64,000 bases of DNA from Gemmatimonadota bacterium (GTDB lineage Bacteria; Gemmatimonadota; Gemmatimonadetes; Gemmatimonadales; Gemmatimonadaceae). Below, one piece after another: positions 56,486 to 64,000 of the stretch. The notes under the pieces were generated by a model. That model was given only the letters and a program-made list of their open reading frames with translations. It made no database searches and had not been told where the DNA came from. The DNA lies in the NCBI GenBank assembly GCA_028287285.1, contig JAQBPY010000254.1, positions 1,507-65,506 of the forward strand. Direction: 5' to 3'. The position numbers were made by a program, and so were the translations under genes. Numbering within the stretch: the first letter of the stretch is position 1; the number at the start of each line of letters is the position of its first letter.

Positions 56486-57900
56486 GGCCTGGCGGATGGC
56501 GCCGCATGCCACTCGCGGCAACTGTGGATGGGCACGACCTTGCTCGGGTTCGAGCGCTGCTCCGGATCGAACACGGTACGCAGCGTACACATTGCAGTCA
56601 GTGTACTTGGCGTAAACAACGAGGCCATGTATGGTAACTTGTCGAGCCCCACGCCGTGCTCGCCCGTAATGGTGCCGCCCGCCGCGATGCACGCTTCCAT
56701 CACTTCGCGCATCGCCTCATGCACATGCGCCGATTCGACCGGGTCGTTGGCGTTGTAGGGAATATTGGGATGCAGGTTGCCGTCGCCGGCGTGGAACACG
56801 TTGCACACCGTGAGCCCCCGCGCAACACCGATGCGTCCGATCTCCGCAAGAATGGCCGGCAGCTTCGTGCGGGGCACCACCGCGTCCTGCACTACGAGGT
56901 GTGACGACACGCGCCCCATCGCGCCAAAGGCTTTCTTGCGACCCTGCCAGAGACGAGCGCGATCCGCAGCATCGGTGGCGATACGCACCCCGCGCGCTCC
57001 GGCGTCGAGACAGAACTTTTCAACGCGGGCGACGTCTTCCTCTAATCCGGCGAGCGGCCCATCGAGCTCGATGAGGAGAATCGCCGCCGCGTCAGTGGGA
57101 TATCCCGCCGCGTAGATGGACGCTTCGACGGCGTGAATTGTTGGAGCGTCCATCATCTCGAGCGCCGCCGCGACAATGCCCGATGCGATGATCGCCGAAA
57201 CGGCACGCGCGGCGGAGTCCACCGAGGCGAAGTCGGCAAGCAGCGTGCGAATCGCCTGCGGATTCTTCACGAGGCGCACGGTGACGTCGAGCACCACGCC
57301 GAAGCACCCTTCGGAGCCGATGAAGGCGCCTAACAGATCAATGCCGTCGTCCTCGCCGTCGGGATTGCCAAGGGTGATGATCTCGCCGCCTGGCAAGATG
57401 ACCGTCAATGCAATGACATGGTTCAGCGTGACGCCATACTTGAGGCAGTGCGGCCCGCCGGCATTCTCGGAGACATTGCCGCCGATGGTACACGCCGTCT
57501 GGCTCGACGGATCGGGTGCGTAGTGCAGCCCCAGCGGCGCCGTGGCCGCGGTGAGATTGGCATTCACCACACCAGGCTCCACGACCGCCCGGCAATTCTC
57601 CACGTCGATGGAGATGATGCGCTTCAGGCGATGCAGGCCAAGGAGCACCACGCCGTTCGCGAGAGCGCCGCCGGAGAGTCCGGTGCCGGCCCCGCGCGCC
57701 ACGTACGGCGTTTTCGTTTCCGCGAGCAGGCGCACGACGTCGATGACTTCGTCGCGGGTTGCCGGAAAGACAGCGAGGCGCGGCGCATGGTGATAACCCG
57801 GCAGCCCGTCTGATTCGTAGACGCGAAGCTCCGATGGCCTTGCAAGGACGCGCTTTTCACCGACGATTGCGGCGAGACGTGATTCCAGCGCGAGGCTCAT
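56482..57900 (-). CDS. glcD: Glycolate oxidase subunit GlcD (FAD-linked oxidase)
   Basis: VARGAGTGLSGGA, GTITGEHGVGLDK. ATG 57900 (ATGA overlap with the upstream gene). Confidence 0.8.
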   Translation of the reverse strand: MSLALESRLAAIVGEKRVLARPSELRVYESDGLPGYHHAPRLAVFPATRDEVIDVVRLLAETKTPYVARGAGTGLSGGALANGVVLLGLHRLKRIISIDVENCRAVVEPGVVNANLTAATAPLGLHYAPDPSSQTACTIGGNVSENAGGPHCLKYGVTLNHVIALTVILPGGEIITLGNPDGEDDGIDLLGAFIGSEGCFGVVLDVTVRLVKNPQAIRTLLADFASVDSAARAVSAIIASGIVAAALEMMDAPTIHAVEASIYAAGYPTDAAAILLIELDGPLAGLEEDVARVEKFCLDAGARGVRIATDAADRARLWQGRKKAFGAMGRVSSHLVVQDAVVPRTKLPAILAEIGRIGVARGLTVCNVFHAGDGNLHPNIPYNANDPVESAHVHEAMREVMEACIAAGGTITGEHGVGLDKLPYMASLFTPSTLTAMCTLRTVFDPEQRSNPSKVVPIHSCREWHAAPSARP

Positions 57901-58772
57901 GGGCAGATGACGCGCAGGGAATCGCGATTCAGGGAATACTCGAGCGGTGTATCGAGCGGTACGAGCTCGCCATCGAGTGCGACCAGGGTGCGATGGCGCA
58001 GCGTGATGGTACACCGGTCAACGATGAAGCTGTCCAGCTCCGGTGTTCGCGCGGCGGTTTTTACGCCGCGTGCCACGGCGTTGAGTGCGATGGCGAGCAT
58101 GCGGCCGCGCGAGCGCCCGCTCACGATCATGACATGGAGCCCGCGCTTGCCGCCGGCAACACGATTCCCCAGGGTGGGGAGCTGCAGCTCGCGCTCGCCC
58201 ACGCCGATGAAGACGATGGGCGTGCGATAGATGCGGCGCTTGCCGTCGACCTCGATTTCCACGGCCACCTTTCGCAGCTGCACGAGGGTGCGCAGCGCGG
58301 CGAGTGTGGACGCAATGCGATAGCCAAATCGCTTTTCGAGATACTCGCGCACCCGCACGAAGTGCACGTACGCGCCAACGCTGCTGGTATTGAGGAAGAC
58401 CCTTCCGTTCACCATGCCGACGTCGACATCCCGGGCCGTTCCGTTCTCTGCGCACGCGAGCGCCTCACCGGCATCGGTGCTGAGTCCGAGATCGGTGGCA
58501 AAGTGATTCAGCGTACCGCCGGGCAGGATCGCGAGCTCGGTCCCGGTCCCGGCGAGCACCGTGGCCGCGGTGGCGATGGTTCCGTCACCGCCGGATACGA
58601 GCAGGCGCGGAACCCCTTCGTCCACGATGCCCTTCAGCGTGCTCTCGAGCTTGTCGGGCGGACTTTCGCGGACGTCGAACGCGTGGTTGGCCGCCAGCGC
58701 CGTGCGCGCCGCATCCGCGGTGCCGGAGGCGGTATTGATGAGCGCGGGAATACCGCGTGCCTGTATGGTCAT
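57897..58772 (-). CDS. Diacylglycerol/lipid kinase family protein (YegS/BmrU-like)
   Basis: LLVSGGDGTIATAA and LAILPGGTLNHFA motifs. ATG 58772 (ATGA overlap with the upstream gene). Confidence 0.75.
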   Translation of the reverse strand: MTIQARGIPALINTASGTADAARTALAANHAFDVRESPPDKLESTLKGIVDEGVPRLLVSGGDGTIATAATVLAGTGTELAILPGGTLNHFATDLGLSTDAGEALACAENGTARDVDVGMVNGRVFLNTSSVGAYVHFVRVREYLEKRFGYRIASTLAALRTLVQLRKVAVEIEVDGKRRIYRTPIVFIGVGERELQLPTLGNRVAGGKRGLHVMIVSGRSRGRMLAIALNAVARGVKTAARTPELDSFIVDRCTITLRHRTLVALDGELVPLDTPLEYSLNRDSLRVICP

Positions 58773-61700
58773 CCGTGATCGCCCACGGGACTCCGGCGCC
58801 GCAGCCCCTTCACCCACTTGATGATGCCGCGCTTGTCATGCGACGGGATCTCCACCGTGGCCTTGCGATCGAGCTTGCCCCAGCCGACGAGCCGCCCGCT
58901 GAGGGCCGCCGCGAACGAGCGCACCACGACCCAGTACATCACCTGCCGATATGCGAAGCGCTGGATGAAGATGAGCCACGTGAGCTGCTTGTCCTCGTCC
59001 GGCTCCATGAGAAATGCAATCACGGCCGCAAGCCAGTCCACGAGCAGGAAGACCGCGTAATACGTGAAGACCTTTTCGAGGTCGACGAGCGCGTACGTCA
59101 GCCGGTCGTCAATGCTGTGATTTCCCGCGTTGATGTAGACGGACACAATGCTGTACAGGAACATGAAGTCGGCAATGGGCGAGATGGCCGGCAGCAGCAG
59201 CTGGAACAGGAAGACATTGGGCAGTGCGATCCATCCCAGCGATCCGTACTTTGCGCGGAAGAATGCGCTGCGATGCTTCCAGGTGCATTGCAGCGTTCCG
59301 AACGACCAGCGAAAGCGCTGCTTGGCGAGGCCGCGCAGCGTATCGGGTGCCTCGGTATACGCGACGGCGCCATCGGCATACGCCACCGAATAGCCGGCGC
59401 GGCGCATGTCGAGGGTGAGGTCCTGGTCTTCGGCGAGGGTATCCTCCTTGAAGCCGCCCACCTCGAGCACCACCGAGCGGCGCCACGCCCCAACCGCACC
59501 TGGCACCACCGTGATGCAGTCGAGCAACGCAAAGGCACGCCGGTCAAAGTTCTGGCTGGTGACGTACTCGAGTGCCTGCCAGCGTGTCACGAGATTGATG
59601 CGGTTTCCCACCTTTGCGTTGCCCGCAACGGCCGCCACCCTGGGGTTCTGCAGGGGCTGCACGAGCTCCGCGACAGTGTCGTCGTCGAATACGGTATCGG
59701 CATCGAGTCCAATCACGATCTCGTGCTTTGCGAGATTGATACCGTAGTTGAGCGCACTCGCCTTGCCGCCGTTTTCCTTCTTGTAGACCGACACCTGTGG
59801 ATGCGAGCCGTACGCCTCCTGGCAGATCAACGCGGTGTCGTCCGAGGAGCCGTCATCTACCATCACGATCTCGAGCGCCCCGCCATACACCTGGTTGAGC
59901 AACGACGAGATGGTCTGGACGACGACCTTTTCCTCATTGAATGCCGGCACGATCACGCTCACGCCTGGGGTGTACGTGACCGGCACGCCACGCCGCTGGT
60001 GCTGTCCGATGCGCTGGATGATGGCAAGGACGCCGATCACCACGAGCCGGGCGATGCCCAGCACGACGGCCACGGTAAAGACCCAGAACAGCGTCTGCTC
60101 GCCGATGCCAAGGAGCATGAAGCCGATCATGCGCAGGAAGCGCGTGATCTCGCTGGAGGGCGCCGGCGGCATGGCGTCGTCGCGCGTGATGCCCGCCAGC
60201 TCGCTCACCAGCACGATGGTGTCGCCACGCGCGCGCAACGAGTCGATGAGGGGCCCCACCGCCGCAACGGTGTTGTGGCGGTCGCCACCGGAATCGTGCA
60301 GCAGGATGATGTTGCGCGCCGAGTCCTGTGCGAGGGTGTTCAGCTCATTGGGCTCCTTGCGGCGCTCGAGCACGAGCGACACGATCTTGTCGGTGGGGAG
60401 TCCCTTCCAGTCTTCGCTGTCGACGTGCAGGCCGATCGTCCAGTAGTTGCGGCGCGACGCGATACCCACGGGCACGAGCTCCGCATCGGTGCTCGGCTCG
60501 GCATCCCCAAAGTACGGCGGGCGGAAGAACGCGACGCGCCGGTTGAGGACCGCCTCGATCAGCGATGCGGTCGCATCGATCTCGTAGCGACTCTGCCGCT
60601 CTCGTGTTAGCGCGAGGTTAGGATGCGTATACGTGTGATTCCCGATCTCATGCCCTTCATTGTAAACGCGCTGTAAAAGACGAATGTGGGTGTCGACGTT
60701 CTGGCCGATGACGAAGAACGTGGCCTTGACGCCGCGCGACCGGAGGGTGTCGAGAATCTGCGGCGTGTAGCGGCCGTCCGGGCCGTCGTCGAAGGTGAGG
60801 GCCACGCGGTGTGCGTTCTGGACCTGCCCGCCCGTGCGCGCCACCACCCACGGAATGGGCGCCTTCACCAGCGTCTCGTTGGTGATGAAGCCGCTCGGCG
60901 CATCCACCTGCAGGTTGCGGCTGCCATTGAGCGGATAGTTCGTGACCTGCAGGATCTCGCCGACGCCGTTGAATTCCACGTCGTAGCTGGGCCGCATGGG
61001 CTTGAGGCTGTCCGGTGACAGCAGCGCCCCGTCGTTGGTGATCACGTTCCACAGCGACGGATCCTCGCCGCCCAGGTGCCAGATGGCGGTGCCTGCGACC
61101 CCGAGCGCGCGGCCGATGCGCATTTCGTTGTAGGCGGTAACAGCGTCGAGGTACCACAGCACATGATCCGTGGAATCGCGACTCGTCCACTGCATGTACG
61201 GGTTCATGGACACGGGATCAAAGCGCGGACGCGGCTGGCTCCGGCCGCGTGTGGCGGCCATCGTCTCCTGGAAGTTGAAGCTTTCCGCGCGGCCGAGTGT
61301 AACCGCCTCGGCATCGTTCCAGTCGTAGCCGTATGCGCCGATCATCAGGATCAGCTTGGACGGATCCACCAGCTTCGCGAAGCGGCGTGCCTGGGTGAGA
61401 TAGAACTGTTGGCTCGCAACCGGACCCGGCTCGCCCGTGGAATAATGCTCGTCGAACAGCATGGGGAACAGCTTGTCGTTCAACATGCCGGCGCGCAGCA
61501 CGTACGAATCCGGATCGCCGGCGGCGATGGCCTGCGTGGCCAGCTTGCCCATGGAGTGCATCGCATCATGCACCTCGTGCGCAAAGCTCAGGACCTGCGC
61601 GCGCAGCTCCGGATCGGTGAAATTTTCGAGATCGAGCGTGGTCCCGGCCAGGCCGTACGTATTCACGGCATCGCGCAGCTGGCGAATGGCGTTTGCCCGC

Positions 61701-62362
61701 GCGGTGGGGTTGGACAGGAAGCGGCGAACAGCTTCCGGGTCGAACTTGCCGAGCGTCGAGTCCTTGCCGGGCTCCACCACGAAGTTGGAGAGCATCAGGA
61801 AGAGCGACGGACGCGTCTCGATGGGCTTGCTGTGGAGCAGCTCGATGACCTGCGGCTTGATGTGAAGCAGCAGCGTGTCGCCGCTGATGGGAAAGAAGCC
61901 CCACTCGCAGATGACCCAGTCCAGCTTGTCGTAGTTGTGCGTGAGTGATGCGAACGAGTTGTCCGCCCAGTTCACGAAGAAGCCGGCCACGATGGACTCG
62001 TTGCGCGGCGGCCGGCCTCCCGTGCCCACGTTGAAGGCCGGGATCGCCTCGGGCTTTCGCGAGGCCGCCGTGCCGTACCGCTTCATCGCCGCGGCGAGCT
62101 TGCGGCGGTACGCCGTGCGGAGCCGGTCTATCTTGTTGAACGCGCTGGGCTTGCCGGTGGTTGCGCGCGCGATGGGCAGGTTGTTCGCCGTCGCGAGCGG
62201 CAGCTCGGGAGGAATGGGCGGATACAATGCAAGCGTGCCCACGAGCACCAGCGCGATGATCGTCGTGGCGACACCCACCGCCAGCGCCGCGCGCCTGATG
62301 CGGCGCCAGCGTCGTCCGGTGTAGTCGATGAAGATCGGGGAATGTCTGCTGCGGTCGACCAT
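58769..62362 (-). CDS. Fused GH18-like / NodB polysaccharide deacetylase / processive GT2 synthase membrane protein
   Basis: 1197 aa. N-terminal TM. GH18-like region (FFVNWADNSF, TTLDLEN, GAYGYDW). NodB region (ALTFDDGP, GHEIGNHTYTH). TMs. GT2 region (VIVPAFNE, VDDGSSDDT, GLDADT, AEDQDL, QRFRWSFG). C-terminal TMs. Confidence 0.8.
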   Translation of the reverse strand: MVDRSRHSPIFIDYTGRRWRRIRRAALAVGVATTIIALVLVGTLALYPPIPPELPLATANNLPIARATTGKPSAFNKIDRLRTAYRRKLAAAMKRYGTAASRKPEAIPAFNVGTGGRPPRNESIVAGFFVNWADNSFASLTHNYDKLDWVICEWGFFPISGDTLLLHIKPQVIELLHSKPIETRPSLFLMLSNFVVEPGKDSTLGKFDPEAVRRFLSNPTARANAIRQLRDAVNTYGLAGTTLDLENFTDPELRAQVLSFAHEVHDAMHSMGKLATQAIAAGDPDSYVLRAGMLNDKLFPMLFDEHYSTGEPGPVASQQFYLTQARRFAKLVDPSKLILMIGAYGYDWNDAEAVTLGRAESFNFQETMAATRGRSQPRPRFDPVSMNPYMQWTSRDSTDHVLWYLDAVTAYNEMRIGRALGVAGTAIWHLGGEDPSLWNVITNDGALLSPDSLKPMRPSYDVEFNGVGEILQVTNYPLNGSRNLQVDAPSGFITNETLVKAPIPWVVARTGGQVQNAHRVALTFDDGPDGRYTPQILDTLRSRGVKATFFVIGQNVDTHIRLLQRVYNEGHEIGNHTYTHPNLALTRERQSRYEIDATASLIEAVLNRRVAFFRPPYFGDAEPSTDAELVPVGIASRRNYWTIGLHVDSEDWKGLPTDKIVSLVLERRKEPNELNTLAQDSARNIILLHDSGGDRHNTVAAVGPLIDSLRARGDTIVLVSELAGITRDDAMPPAPSSEITRFLRMIGFMLLGIGEQTLFWVFTVAVVLGIARLVVIGVLAIIQRIGQHQRRGVPVTYTPGVSVIVPAFNEEKVVVQTISSLLNQVYGGALEIVMVDDGSSDDTALICQEAYGSHPQVSVYKKENGGKASALNYGINLAKHEIVIGLDADTVFDDDTVAELVQPLQNPRVAAVAGNAKVGNRINLVTRWQALEYVTSQNFDRRAFALLDCITVVPGAVGAWRRSVVLEVGGFKEDTLAEDQDLTLDMRRAGYSVAYADGAVAYTEAPDTLRGLAKQRFRWSFGTLQCTWKHRSAFFRAKYGSLGWIALPNVFLFQLLLPAISPIADFMFLYSIVSVYINAGNHSIDDRLTYALVDLEKVFTYYAVFLLVDWLAAVIAFLMEPDEDKQLTWLIFIQRFAYRQVMYWVVVRSFAAALSGRLVGWGKLDRKATVEIPSHDKRGIIKWVKGLRRRSPVGDHG

Positions 62363-62422
62363 TCAGGGAGCGCGGCGTGTTGACTGGCCGCGCATGCCAT
62401 TCACACGGCGCGGCCCATTCCC

Positions 62423-64000
62423 TTAAGCTAGCGCACGCTGCGCAACCGTGCCGTTGAGGACGGTCGCGATGATCGTATCGAGCGCCTGAAGCTCGAACGG
62501 TTTCTGGAGCACCGGGCAGGCAGTCCGCTGGACAAAGCTGGCCGCTTCGGCCGAGGCCACATCGCCGGTGCTGAACACGAACCGGCGCAGCAGCTCCGGG
62601 TGCGAAAGGGCGAGCTGGTCATGCAGCTCGATGCCCGAGAACCCCGGCATCCGGAGGTCTGAAATGACGACGGCAATGCGATCACCGAGCCGCTCCAGCT
62701 GCTTGATGCCGGCGGCACCGTCGCCGGCCTCTTCCACAGCCCATCCACGGCGCGTGAAATATCGCTTGAGCGCGGCACGGATGGTGGGCTCGTCATCGAT
62801 GATCAGGACGATCCGGGCATCGGGCCCGGGCTCATCCTTGGGGGTGACCCGCACGACGGGAACGGACTCGGGCGTCCGGCGCGGATCGCCATCTGCCGAG
62901 GTCTGCCCACTCCTGTCGAATGACGTCATCGTACCCGGCTCCATGTAAGGAAGAAACACCGTAAAGCGAGATCCACTCCCTGCGTCACGCGTGCCCACCG
63001 CAATGCGCCCGCCGAACTGCTCCACGATGCCCAGCGTGACCGAAAGCCCCAGTCCCGTTCCTTCGCCGATAGGCTTCGTCGTGAAGAACGGATCGAAAAT
63101 CCTGGGGAGAATCTCGGCCGGAACACCGGGTCCTGAATCTTCGACCATCAGGACGCAGCCCGCGTCCGAGCGTTCGGAGACGACCCACACGCCGCCCCCC
63201 GGGCCGGCGGCCTGGGCCGCATTGCTCACCAGGTTGGCCACGATCTGCTCGATGCCCGCGCGATCCGCGAGCACCAGCGTGTTGTACGGCCCTTCGGCGA
63301 GGTGCAGCTGCACGCCGGATTCCTCGAGCGTGGGACGCATGGCGCGCGCCGTTTGCGCCACGACTTCACCCAGCCAGATGGGTACCGTGTTCGTTGCCCG
63401 CTGCCGCACGAACGACAACAGGTCGCGCACGATCGAGCGTGAGCGCCGGGCCTGGTCGCGAATGACGTGCAACGCCTCTGCATCGTCGCTGGAGCGCTCG
63501 TCGTTGAGCAGGTCTTCGGCGTAGTGCATGATGGACGAGAGCGGATTGTTCAGCTCGTGGGCGACGCCAGAGATGAGCTGTCCCACGGCCGCGAGCCGTT
63601 CGCTGCGCCGCAGCGCCAGCTCCGCCGCACGGAGCGACGTGACGTCCTCGGCATACCCCTCCCAGAGCCATACCGTGTTTCGGTCGTCGCGGTATGCCTG
63701 GGCGCTGAGCCTCACCGTCACCAGCGAGCCGTCAGCGCGGCGCCACTCGACTTCCATGCCGCGCACCACGTCGCTCTCGTCGAGCCGACGACAGAGCTCC
63801 ATACGCGCCGCGGCATCGTGATACAACCGCTGCTGCTCCGCGGCGCGGGACAGCTCCGGAACACCGGAATATCCGAGCAGCGCCGCCATGGCCGGATTGG
63901 CGGACACGAGCACGCCACGCCGTGTTTCCCGGAAAATCGCCGCCGGCGCATTCTCCACGAACGACCGAAAGCTTGCCTCGGAGGCGCGCACCGACGCCGC
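62423..64000 (-). CDS. Hybrid sensor histidine kinase (PAS-HisKA-HATPase-REC), 5' end outside window
   Basis: H-box SGVAHELNNPLSSI, N-box NLVSNAAQA, G-boxes EDSGPGVP and GTGLGLS. Receiver domain VLIIDDEP...VISDLRMPGFSG. Frame is open to nt 64000. Confidence 0.8.
   Translation of the reverse strand, partial: AASVRASEASFRSFVENAPAAIFRETRRGVLVSANPAMAALLGYSGVPELSRAAEQQRLYHDAAARMELCRRLDESDVVRGMEVEWRRADGSLVTVRLSAQAYRDDRNTVWLWEGYAEDVTSLRAAELALRRSERLAAVGQLISGVAHELNNPLSSIMHYAEDLLNDERSSDDAEALHVIRDQARRSRSIVRDLLSFVRQRATNTVPIWLGEVVAQTARAMRPTLEESGVQLHLAEGPYNTLVLADRAGIEQIVANLVSNAAQAAGPGGGVWVVSERSDAGCVLMVEDSGPGVPAEILPRIFDPFFTTKPIGEGTGLGLSVTLGIVEQFGGRIAVGTRDAGSGSRFTVFLPYMEPGTMTSFDRSGQTSADGDPRRTPESVPVVRVTPKDEPGPDARIVLIIDDEPTIRAALKRYFTRRGWAVEEAGDGAAGIKQLERLGDRIAVVISDLRMPGFSGIELHDQLALSHPELLRRFVFSTGDVASAEAASFVQRTACPVLQKPFELQALDTIIATVLNGTVAQRALA

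Overview
High-GC bacterial chromosomal window with about 53 tightly packed protein genes. I found no rRNA, tRNA, CRISPR array or transposase. Taxon cannot be fixed from sequence alone; the ECF-sigma/Ser-Thr-kinase pair and envelope genes fit a soil Gemmatimonadota/Acidobacteriota-like organism. (1) 1-22.5 kb is an envelope-glycosylation region made of two paralogous modules. Each has a HExxH peptidase, a YfhO-like GT-C membrane protein and a convergent DUF2723 GT-C membrane protein. Module 1 adds three GT4 transferases, a GtrB-like GT2 and a UPF0104 flippase-like protein. (2) At 15.0-17.7 kb, between peptidase 2 and YfhO-2, sits the most novel-looking locus: a radical-SAM (partial SPASM) / beta-propeller lipoprotein / PqqD-like operon facing a 59-aa Cys-free, Gly-rich candidate precursor with a GG/GA-type leader motif. 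(3) 22.5-53 kb holds mixed accessory and housekeeping genes: TspO, a lipase-like hydrolase with a secreted partner, a multicopper oxidase, CrcB, MsrA, a RES-Xre toxin-antitoxin pair, an ECF sigma plus Ser/Thr kinase-TPR, and a molybdopterin oxidoreductase. (4) 54-64 kb is one long minus-strand operon: hybrid histidine kinase, a fused GH18-like/NodB/GT2 synthase, a lipid kinase and glcDEF, the last five genes chained by ATGA overlaps. Intergenic regions carry two related REP/BIME-like hairpin repeat families, two 28-30 bp tandem arrays and a striking AT-rich 13-bp perfect palindrome. All functions are inferred from motifs read by eye; no database search was run.
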